Positions 9,018 through 17,568 of a stretch of 44,666 bases of DNA are shown here, in pieces (position 1 is the stretch's first letter; each line of letters begins with the position of its first letter). The stretch spans positions 1 to 44,666 of the forward strand of contig JBMFQU010000002.1 in assembly GCA_049968435.1 (NCBI GenBank), written 5' to 3'. The position numbers were made by a program, and so were the translations under genes. The DNA comes from Brevinematia bacterium. Its GTDB lineage: Bacteria > Spirochaetota > Brevinematia > DTOW01. Below the pieces are notes generated by a model that saw only the letters and a program-made list of their open reading frames with translations, was not told the origin of the DNA and ran no database searches.

Positions 9018-10169
9018 CTAACTTTGCTTTTTGTAAATGGAATTTATTTTTTCAATTCCAACTTCAATTGTTTTGTCAGATGCAGCAAAAGATAATCTAA
9101 AGTTCGTAATTCTTTCAGAGAATACATCACCAGGTATAATCAAAACACCTTCTCTTATACATTCATCTACAAATTTTTTAACATTAATATCAGCATCTTT
9201 CGGGGAAGGAAAAGCATAAAAAGCACCTTCTGGTTTAACAACATTAAAATTATCACTAAGACCTTCATAAACCATATCTCTTTTCTTTTTATACCTTTTT
9301 ATATACTTTGACATATCATAATCAAGAGCTTTAATAGAAGCATACTGAGCAAACGAAGGAGCACAAACAAAAGTATATTGCTGTAATTTTATCATTTCTT
9401 TTATTATAATCTGAGGTCCAAAAGCAAAACCAATTCTCCAACCTGTCATTGCGTAAGTTTTTGAAAAACCACCAAGCAAAACTGTTCCTTCTGGATAAAC
9501 CGAAGCAATTGACCTATATTCACCATCATAAACAAATTCATCATATATTTCATCAGAAATAACCAGAATGTTATTTCTTTTAGCAATATTGTAAATTACA
9601 TCAATATCAGTTTTATCAAGAATCTTACCTGTTGGATTTGTTGGAGAATTTATTATTATCGCCTTAGTTTTTTCTGTAATTTTGCTTTCTATTTCCTTCT
9701 TTTTATTTGATATTTTGAAATCAGGGTATATATCAACGATAATAGGTTTTCCACCAAAAAGTTTAATTAGATGCTTATACATTACAAAATAAGGATCAAA
9801 AAATAAAACTTCATCACCTTCATTGAGGATAGAAAGTAAAACCAAAACCAAACCACCAGAAACACCTGAAGTTATGATACAATCGTCTTTAGTATATTTT
9901 GTACCTCTCTTTCTATTAACAACTTCAGCTAACTTCTCTCTAAGAGGTTCAATGCCTTGAGTTACCGTATATTTATTAAAACCTAATTCAATTGCTTTTA
10001 TTGCCTCTTTCTTTATCTCCTCTGGTATATCAAAATCTGGCTGACCTATACTTAGATTTATGGGATTTTCTATCTTCTGAGCTAAATCAAAAACCTTTCT
10101 TATACCTGAAGAATCAACCATTTTACTTTTTTGAGAAATAAAAGATTCAATATCATCTATCTTTTTCAT
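9018..10169 (-). CDS. PLP-dependent aminotransferase, class I/II (aspartate aminotransferase-like)
   Basis: PLP-lysine motif is SFSKTYAMTGWRIGF. NSPTNPTG motif is present. The track start at 10190 is a TTG, so I use the first ATG at 10169. Confidence 0.85.
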   Translation of the reverse strand: MKKIDDIESFISQKSKMVDSSGIRKVFDLAQKIENPINLSIGQPDFDIPEEIKKEAIKAIELGFNKYTVTQGIEPLREKLAEVVNRKRGTKYTKDDCIITSGVSGGLVLVLLSILNEGDEVLFFDPYFVMYKHLIKLFGGKPIIVDIYPDFKISNKKKEIESKITEKTKAIIINSPTNPTGKILDKTDIDVIYNIAKRNNILVISDEIYDEFVYDGEYRSIASVYPEGTVLLGGFSKTYAMTGWRIGFAFGPQIIIKEMIKLQQYTFVCAPSFAQYASIKALDYDMSKYIKRYKKKRDMVYEGLSDNFNVVKPEGAFYAFPSPKDADINVKKFVDECIREGVLIIPGDVFSERITNFRLSFAASDKTIEVGIEKINSIYKKQS

Positions 10170-10210
10170 AAGTATAATGATAATATCCAAAAGTAACTAA
10201 ATTCAAATAA

Positions 10211-11275
10211 GAATTTTTTGAAATATCCTCTTTAGGAGGGTTTTACCTTCTTTTTTATTACTCTCTAAGGAAGTTATTTTTGCTCCCCACTCGCCCACCC
10301 TTTAGTTCCATGTAAGAGGGTTAACGCCCTCCTACGAATACCTCCCTTTAGTTATTTATGAAAGTTCTAACTTCTTATTAGCCATCTCCTTTAGAAGAAA
10401 GGATAAAATGGTTATTCATAATAAAGTTAGGAATTTTAAGAAACTTCTTTTTGTTCCCCGCCACCCTCCCATAAGTTCAGCAGGAGGACTTCGTCCTCCT
10501 AATAGTACCTCCTATTTAGAAAGATAAGAAAGCAAACTTCTTGATTTTATAAACCATTTTTAGTATTCCCGCCCTTCTAGATTAGCGAAGGCTTCGTCTT
10601 CACTTCTTCCATTAGAAGACAAAATTCTACTCACTCTAATAGAAATTTAGTATTTTTTAGAAACTTCTTTTTGTTTCCCACCCAACCCACCCTTTAGCTT
10701 CAACAGGAGGACTTCGTCCTCCTAGTAGTACCACCTTTAGTTCGTTAGGAAAGTTATACCTTCTTATTATGTTCTTCCTTTAGAAGTAAGAAAGAATAGA
10801 AAATTTTACTCCTGATAGAATTAAGAAAATTCTTTTCGCATCCCGCCCAACCTACCCTTAAACTTCTATAGGAAAGCATCACCTCATTTTGGGATCTATT
10901 TTTATTTATTCAAAGTAGGTTAAATTCTATAAAAAAGTTATTTGCTATTCCTGATAGAAGTTAAGAAATTTTAGAAAGCTCTTTTAGTCCCCCACACGCC
11001 CTTTAGTGCGTTAAGAGGATTTCACCCTCTTATCAATATCTCCCTCTAATTCGTCCAGGAAAATTCTACCTTCATTTAGGTAGCTACTAAAAGTAAGAGA
11101 ATATAGGAAATTCATTTCTAGTAGAATTGAGAGTTTTTAAAATACTTCTTTTAGTAGCACCCCCTTACTTTTGCACGATAAGATAGCTTACACTCTAAAA
11201 TCTCTCTTTACCTATAGGGTATAAGATATTGATGATATTCTCCAATCCCAAATTTCTAATTCCTAATCTGGTAAA
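10211..11275 (+). repeat. 1.1-kb tandem array of the mosaic intergenic repeat family (at least 7 C-box units)
   Basis: C-boxes at 10285-10300, 10456-10470, 10568-10574, 10677-10692, 10842-10857, 10989-11001 and 11158-11165. Hairpins at 10316-10331, 10482-10500, 10587-10601, 10705-10723 and 11012-11032. ACCTCC boxes at 10339-10351, 10506-10519 and 10729-10740. Terminal AT-rich box at 11247-11270. C-box spacing is about 110-170 bp. Confidence 0.9.
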
Positions 11276-11328
11276 GGCCCTATCTTTTATTACTCATTCA
11301 CTAATTACTAATTGTGGCAATTAAATTT

Positions 11329-12936
11329 TTACCTATCCTTATTTATGAAAATTAAATTGGTATAACCTCTAAAAGAAAAATTAAGTTCTCCATTCGTTAT
11401 AGTAATAACATTACCAGTAAACAAATCAACGATCTTTTTATTTGATATAATACTTAAAATATCATCATTCAAAAATAACTTAAAATCAATTTCCGAAGGA
11501 TAGGAATAAACTATAACCAAAGCGAAATTACTAGTACTACTATCGTATCTAGCATAAGATACAACCTTATCCATAAAATCGTTTGATAAAATTGAGAAAT
11601 TCCCATTCACAAAAACCTTATTCTCATTTCTTATCTTTGATATTTTTCTTACATGGTTTAAAATAGAGTCTTTATCCTTTTCTTGGTCTTTAACATTGAT
11701 TATAGGATCAGGATTAACATATGTCCAAGGAGAACCTGTTGTAAAACCTACCTTTTCGCTATTTTCCCATACCATAGGATCCCTAAATGCCATATCACCT
11801 CTTAGATATGGTGAATTTATCATACCTATTTCATCACCATAGTAAATGAAAGGATTACCTGGAAGAGTAAAAAGAACAGTATAAAATAGTTTTAACCTTT
11901 CAAAATTGTCAGGTCTTTTAAAAATGAGATTATGAACTCTTGTAACATCATGATTTGAGCTAAACGGATACAAAAACTTCCAACTCTGTAAACTACCAGT
12001 TAGAGCCAACATTTCCTCAAGGTATTTATAAAATCTACCAATTCTTGGATTAAAACCTACTGTAGATGAAACAACTTCTCTAGTTTCAAAATCAAAACAA
12101 CCATCAAGAGCATCCTTATACTTTAAAACTGTTTTATTATCAGTCCAAACCTCTCCAACTAGAAAAGATTGAGGATTAACTTTTTTACAGAAGCTATTGA
12201 AGCTTTTAAGAAACATTATAGTATCTTCCGTATCAGCCTGACCTTCACCAGGTCCTATCTCTATAAGATATCTAACTGCATCTAACCTAAAACCACCTAT
12301 CCCCATTTCAAGCCAATATTTAGCAATCTTATATATTTCATTGACAACATCAGGATTTTTTAAATTAAGGTCTGGCATACCTGGAGAAAAAGCACTATAG
12401 TAATATTCTCTCCTTATCCCAGAATAACTCCATACTTCCCAAGGAGAATTGCCCTTAGTCCAAGGTTTAGACCATCCTATTTTACCCTCAACATTTGGTA
12501 TTTTAGGTACCCATATATACCAACTATCAAAAAATGGATCTCTTAACTGAGATTTTTTAAACCATTCTATTTGGGAAGAGGTATGGTTAATAACAAGATC
12601 AAGTAGAATCTTTATATTCCTTTTTTCAGCTTCCTTTACTAGTAATTTAAGATCATCAAGAGTACCAAACTGTGGATTAACATTATAATAATCGGTTATA
12701 TCGTACCCATGATAAGATGGGCTAGGAAAAGCTGGGTTAAGCCATATTCCACCAACACCAAGAGACTTTACATAATCTAATTTGCTAATTATACCTTTAA
12801 TATCACCTATTCCATCACCATCACTATCATAAAAACTTCTTGGAAAAATTTGATAAAAAGAAACCTCTCTATACCACTGCCCATAAGAAGGAAACACGAA
12901 AATACATGATACAAAAATTAACAAAAATTTTTTCAT
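11329..12936 (-). CDS. Secreted GH13 alpha-amylase-family glycoside hydrolase
   Basis: Signal peptide present. All four GH13 regions are seen: DLVINHTS, GGFRLDAVRY, VGEVW and SNHD. The N-terminal FYQIFPRSFYDSDGDGIGD calcium-site motif is also present. Confidence 0.9.
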   Translation of the reverse strand: MKKFLLIFVSCIFVFPSYGQWYREVSFYQIFPRSFYDSDGDGIGDIKGIISKLDYVKSLGVGGIWLNPAFPSPSYHGYDITDYYNVNPQFGTLDDLKLLVKEAEKRNIKILLDLVINHTSSQIEWFKKSQLRDPFFDSWYIWVPKIPNVEGKIGWSKPWTKGNSPWEVWSYSGIRREYYYSAFSPGMPDLNLKNPDVVNEIYKIAKYWLEMGIGGFRLDAVRYLIEIGPGEGQADTEDTIMFLKSFNSFCKKVNPQSFLVGEVWTDNKTVLKYKDALDGCFDFETREVVSSTVGFNPRIGRFYKYLEEMLALTGSLQSWKFLYPFSSNHDVTRVHNLIFKRPDNFERLKLFYTVLFTLPGNPFIYYGDEIGMINSPYLRGDMAFRDPMVWENSEKVGFTTGSPWTYVNPDPIINVKDQEKDKDSILNHVRKISKIRNENKVFVNGNFSILSNDFMDKVVSYARYDSSTSNFALVIVYSYPSEIDFKLFLNDDILSIISNKKIVDLFTGNVITITNGELNFSFRGYTNLIFINKDR

Positions 12937-12989
12937 GGGCTTATTATTTATACAAAACTACATAAACTACAAATTCAATAAAAATATTC

Positions 12990-13475
12990 TTTTTCTACTA
13001 TCAGTACCTTATAATCTTCTTAACAAGAAAGAGTTATTTTCTAAATAAGAATTTTAGAAACCTCTTTTTGTTCCCCACCCAACCCTCACTTAAGTTCTAC
13101 ACAGGAGGACTTCGTCCTCCTATAGCATCTCCTTTAGCCGTCCAAAGTAGGCTTCACCTTCACTGCTTTCAACTAATAAGCAAATTAACATTCATCCTAC
13201 TTTAGAAGTAAAAAGATAAAGGATTCACCCTAATAGAATGTTAGAAATTTTTTAAGAAACTTATTTTCGTTCCTCACCCAACCCCCCTATTAGATTGGCG
13301 AAGGATAAACCTACTTTGATACCTACCTTTAGCCATATAAAGTAGGCTGCATCCCTTTCTATAAGAAAATTATTTACTGTTTCCGTAGAGTTAAAAGCCT
13401 CTTACAAGAGGTTTAAGAAAATTATTTTCAATATCTCAAATTCTATTCTTAATTCTCAAATGCCATCTAAATGGT
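12990..13475 (+). repeat. Mosaic intergenic repeat family, about 2-3 units
   Basis: C-boxes at 13073-13087 and 13272-13287. Hairpin aggaggacttcgtcctcct at 13103-13121. catctcctttag box at 13126-13137. tagattggcgaagg module at 13290-13304 (compare 10578-10592 and 4358-4372). Hairpin cctctt-aca-aagagg at 13398-13412. AT-rich terminal box at 13435-13462. Confidence 0.85.
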
Positions 13476-13532
13476 AAAACTTTATAATTTACAATTTGAA
13501 ATCAGAAACAAATCAGTAGTATATTAATCTTC

Positions 13533-14006
13533 ATGAGTAAAAAAATTATCAAATTTACATTGACAATCCTACTACCTTTAAGTATCTCAAGTTGCATAAT
13601 AGGAGAAATACAAAGTGGCTTCCCATTAGATCCACCATTAGGATTAGAGCTTACCCAAGTTAGTAACAATTCTATACTAAGTGAGTGGTGGGGCTACAAT
13701 ACTGAAAGTTATTTCTCTGGATATGTAATTTTCATAACTACAAACTCAAATGATCTTTACCAAGATAGAAACTCAACGAACCACTTCAATAAACCTTATC
13801 TTACAAATTCCTTGGGCAACCTACCAACAATCTTTGCACCTATTCCCTCAACTACAACAAAATACTCATTTACGATAACTCAATTACCAAACGGAAATCC
13901 AATAACTACAAACATAACATACTATGTAGCTGTAGCAGCATATTCAGCATCAAAAAGTGCATTCAGTCCATTAAGCAACATAACCAACATTACACTAACA
14001 AATTAA
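13533..14006 (+). CDS. Small lipoprotein with FN3-like domain
   Basis: Lipobox is LSISSC. The pattern SILSEWWGY...GYVIF...YYVAVAAYS resembles a fibronectin type III fold. Confidence 0.5.
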   Translation: MSKKIIKFTLTILLPLSISSCIIGEIQSGFPLDPPLGLELTQVSNNSILSEWWGYNTESYFSGYVIFITTNSNDLYQDRNSTNHFNKPYLTNSLGNLPTIFAPIPSTTTKYSFTITQLPNGNPITTNITYYVAVAAYSASKSAFSPLSNITNITLTN

Positions 14007-14464
14007 ATTTTTACAATAACTAAACTACTTAAATCTCTATCTTTACATCTCTAAAAATTAGCAATATTTTCAAGTATTATCAAGGTAATCAACAAATTTA
14101 TCAACGCTACTCTTAAACATAATATCGAAATCAACGAACCCATCAGACATACTTTCTCTTTCCTTAATCTTAACTCTAGGAATACTATTTATGGCCTGTT
14201 GAAGCATAAAGCACCGATTGAAAATCTAAAATACCCTCGTTTTAAATTAAATGAATTAGAATTAGAATAAACATCTCTAACCTAGCAAATTATAATTCAT
14301 AAAATATCAACAGAAAGAGCAAAAAAGCAAACAACTTTCAACTAATATTTAAAAAAGAATAACTTCAAGTACTATAAATTATAAAAATTAAAATTTCTAA
14401 ATATCTTAAGTATGTTGAAAAGATATTGAACTTTTATATAGAATTACATTTGGCTGAGGGGTTA

Positions 14465-15883
14465 ATGATGGCACCACAAAAAGAATTCAATTGGAAAAGG
14501 TTCTGGTCTTCTGTCGTAATAATACTCATAGCACTTGTATTTACTATTTCTATATTTATATCCTACGGAGGTAGAGGTAGATTTGGTAAATTAGAAGAAC
14601 TAGAAGTAATAGCAGAAGTGAATGGTAAACCAATAGAGTTTTACGCAAACTCACCTGTAATAAGAGAATACGAAAGGCTAAGAAACACCTATAAAACACG
14701 TACAAAGGAAGAACTTCTAACAAGAGCTGTACAAAATGTTGTTGCTGGAATGTTGATTGAAGATTTTGCAAAAAAACATTCACTTGACATAAATGAAGAA
14801 TTCGTAAATAAAATACTCGAAGACAATATAATCAATTTAACAAGAAAAAAACCTGAAGATATAACATCAGCAGATGTAAAAATGGCGAAACAAAATATTG
14901 AATCTTATTTAATATCAAGCTATCTACCAACCAAAATAGATACATTTATAACAAGAATACCTAAGAAATCTACACTTAACTTCCAACTATTTAAATCTAT
15001 TGATGATGTTAAAGTTAAACTTAATATAGTAGAATTTGATGAATTAGAGTTTATAAGGATAAACGAATTAAAAAACAATCTATCAAAGATAGAAGAATTT
15101 TACAAAGAAAATTACAAAGAATTTGCCTTCGATAAAATAAATGTAGAAAAATTAGTATTTGAGAATAGGAAAGATGCTTACTCTTACCTATCAAATCAAA
15201 CCATTCAGCCTATAGAAGTTCTTTCACTACAAATAGATCCCGAAAAAAGCAAAAACATAATCTCGGGACTTCCAGACAACATAAACAATCTATCAAAACC
15301 ATTCTACGAAAACAAAAAGTATGTAATTTATAAAGTAAAACAAATAACACCACTAGGGAAATTACCTCAAAGTAAGATAAATTATATATCACTAAAATAT
15401 GTCATTCTAAATTACAAAGAACTTGAGGGTAAATATCTTGAAAATATAAAATCAGCAATAGAAACCATAAAAATACTTCTTTCACAAAATAAAGAAAATC
15501 AAATTGCGCAAATACCAAGTGCAAAATTACACAAAAGTGATTACTTTAGTGCTATATTTGCTCTAACAGAATACATACCAAACGAAAAAGGTGAAGCAAT
15601 TGATCTACCAAGAGGATTATATAAAGTAGATACAATAACATCATTCTTCAAAAAGAATGTAAATGATGTTGAATTAGTAGATGTTGGTCAGCAAACTAAA
15701 GTTATATACAAAGTAGTATCGAAAAACATCATACCTTCAAAAGTTTCAGAGGTTGCTGACAAAATAAGTTCAGCCTACCTACTACTTTATCAAGAAGCGA
15801 TATTTTCGGATTGGAATAAAATGCTAGAAAAATCAGGAAATGTAAAAATAAAGGATATATCAAAGTTCGCAAAAGAGTTATAG
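14465..15883 (+). CDS. Membrane-anchored PpiD/SurA-N-like periplasmic chaperone
   Basis: I place the start at the ATG at 14465, preceded by GAGGGG. The track start is a TTG 39 nt upstream. One N-terminal TM helix is followed by IAEVNGKPIEF..., typical of the SurA N-terminal domain. No clear parvulin domain was seen. Confidence 0.45.
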   Translation: MMAPQKEFNWKRFWSSVVIILIALVFTISIFISYGGRGRFGKLEELEVIAEVNGKPIEFYANSPVIREYERLRNTYKTRTKEELLTRAVQNVVAGMLIEDFAKKHSLDINEEFVNKILEDNIINLTRKKPEDITSADVKMAKQNIESYLISSYLPTKIDTFITRIPKKSTLNFQLFKSIDDVKVKLNIVEFDELEFIRINELKNNLSKIEEFYKENYKEFAFDKINVEKLVFENRKDAYSYLSNQTIQPIEVLSLQIDPEKSKNIISGLPDNINNLSKPFYENKKYVIYKVKQITPLGKLPQSKINYISLKYVILNYKELEGKYLENIKSAIETIKILLSQNKENQIAQIPSAKLHKSDYFSAIFALTEYIPNEKGEAIDLPRGLYKVDTITSFFKKNVNDVELVDVGQQTKVIYKVVSKNIIPSKVSEVADKISSAYLLLYQEAIFSDWNKMLEKSGNVKIKDISKFAKEL

Positions 15884-16567
15884 CTCACTATTAGCAATAG
15901 ATAACCATCTTACCCTTATTCTTATTTGGTTAAAAGAGAATTTTGTTATACCTCTTTTCTTTGGATAGTCAGATAAATGTATATCTATATAGTTATTGTC
16001 TTTCATTCCTGAAGGTATATCTACTTGAATTTCTTCTAAAACATTTACATAACCAATACCATCACAAAGATAACAATTCCTATTTCCTCCATAACAAACA
16101 GGACAAACAGACCTAGCAGGTATTTTTATTTTTAAAATCGCACCCTCTCTAACTTCTTCATCCGTAAGATAAACTACAATATCCTCGCCTAGTTCCTCTA
16201 AAAAATCTTCTCTACTAAACTTTTTCCTCAAATCAAAACCAGCTTTCGTTAAGTTTAAAAAAGACATTTTATATTCAACTCTACTTTGATCTACAAATCT
16301 TCCCTTTCTTACCTTTTTCTCTTTTTTACTATGAACTTTCTCTTTACTACTCCTATATTTTAAGTAATCCTCATCGTATTTTTTTCTTAACTCAGGGTCA
16401 GAAAGCACCTTATAAGCCTCAATTATTATTTTAAAATCTTTATCATTTTTCTTACTTACATCAGGATGGTAAGTTTTTGCTAATTTCCTAAAACTACTCT
16501 TTATCTCATCAATTGTTGCTCCAAAATCTAATTGTAATATTTGGTAATAATCAATAAAATTACTCAT
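15878..16567 (-). CDS. J-domain (DnaJ-like) protein with Cys-rich zinc-finger segment
   Basis: J-domain DYYQILQLDFGATIDEIKSSFRKLAKTYHPDV carries the HPD tripeptide. The Cys-rich segment is CPVCYGGNRNCYLCDGIGY. Confidence 0.85.
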   Translation of the reverse strand: MSNFIDYYQILQLDFGATIDEIKSSFRKLAKTYHPDVSKKNDKDFKIIIEAYKVLSDPELRKKYDEDYLKYRSSKEKVHSKKEKKVRKGRFVDQSRVEYKMSFLNLTKAGFDLRKKFSREDFLEELGEDIVVYLTDEEVREGAILKIKIPARSVCPVCYGGNRNCYLCDGIGYVNVLEEIQVDIPSGMKDNNYIDIHLSDYPKKRGITKFSFNQIRIRVRWLSIANSEL

Positions 16568-16621
16568 AATAAAATTTTAGTAAAATAGATACAGATAAAG
16601 CAATTAGATTAGAAAACTAAA

Positions 16622-17560
16622 TTAACCAACAATTTTTTTGAATATTGTAGCATACCTATCCAAAGTATTTCTAACCACCCAATCTGGTAAATCAGGTCCA
16701 GGGTATGTTTTATTCCAATTTAAAGTTTTTAAATAATCTCTAACAAACTGTTTATCATAACTTTCTTGAGGTTTACCTTCTTGGTAGAGTTCCTTAAACC
16801 AAAATCTAGAAGAATCTGGAGTTAAAACTTCATCCACCAGCACCACATCTTCACTTTGACTATAACCAAATTCAAATTTAGTATCGCAGAGTATTATTCC
16901 CCTTTCCTCAAGATACTTTGATGCACTATTAAAAATTCCTATACTAAAGTCCCTTATTTTATATATAACATCTCCTACTACATTTTTAGCTTCATCAAAT
17001 GTTATATTTTCATCATGCCCTATATCTTGCTTAGTAGAAGGAGTGAAAATAGGTTGAGGTAACTTAGAAGACATAACGAGTCCCTCAGGCAGAGTAATAC
17101 CGCAAATGCTTTTACTTTTCTTATATTCCTCATATCCTGATCCAGCCAAATACCCCCTCACTATACATTCAATTCCATAAATATTTAACTTCCTAACTAA
17201 CATACTCCTAAACCTTAGCTCTTCCTTATACCTTCCACATTCAGAAGGAAATTCATCAACATTAGCAGTTATAAGATGATTTGGTAAGAGTTTTTTAAAG
17301 TAATCAAACCAAAAATAAGAAATCATGTTAAGTATCATACCTTTAAATGGTATAGGCGTAGGTAATATAACATCAAACGCTGAAATTCTATCCGTAGATA
17401 CCAATAAAAGAGCATCACCCAAATCATAAATGTCTCTAACCTTACCCCTTTTTAGCAACTTTAAATTTTCAAAATTTGAGAAATATAAAGGTTTAAAAGA
17501 ATTCAATCTTTTTATAGAAATCTCTAAGAAATCTAAAAACTCTTTGATAAGTTTATTCAT
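16622..17560 (-). CDS. purC: Phosphoribosylaminoimidazole-succinocarboxamide (SAICAR) synthase
   Basis: GKVRDIYD...LLLVSTDRISAFDV and the later LCDTKFEFG motif are typical of long-form PurC. A G-rich RBS precedes the ATG at 17560. Confidence 0.9.
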   Translation of the reverse strand: MNKLIKEFLDFLEISIKRLNSFKPLYFSNFENLKLLKRGKVRDIYDLGDALLLVSTDRISAFDVILPTPIPFKGMILNMISYFWFDYFKKLLPNHLITANVDEFPSECGRYKEELRFRSMLVRKLNIYGIECIVRGYLAGSGYEEYKKSKSICGITLPEGLVMSSKLPQPIFTPSTKQDIGHDENITFDEAKNVVGDVIYKIRDFSIGIFNSASKYLEERGIILCDTKFEFGYSQSEDVVLVDEVLTPDSSRFWFKELYQEGKPQESYDKQFVRDYLKTLNWNKTYPGPDLPDWVVRNTLDRYATIFKKIVG

Positions 17561-17568
17561 ATTACCCC

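Noticed and set aside
10420-10478. Mini-ORF inside a repeat unit on the - strand (ATGGGAGGGTGGCGGGGAACAAAAAGAAGTTTC..., about 18 codons)
   Set aside because: The ATG exists only in this copy. Other copies have AAG or ATA at that position, and the frame is not conserved among units. Coding potential is therefore not supported.
10211-11275. CRISPR array interpretation of the tandem intergenic repeats
   Set aside because: The periodicity is irregular (about 110-170 bp). The inter-core segments are themselves conserved between units rather than unique spacers. There is no short, uniform direct repeat of 24-48 bp, and no cas genes are present in the window.
10211-11275. tRNA, rRNA-fragment or known small-RNA identity (RNase P, SRP, tmRNA, 6S) for the repeat units
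   Set aside because: There is no cloverleaf, no T-loop GTTCGAAT-type box, and no diagnostic motif of those RNAs. The only rRNA resemblance is the short ACCTCCTTT core, which is too short to indicate an rRNA fragment. This cannot be fully excluded without an Rfam scan.
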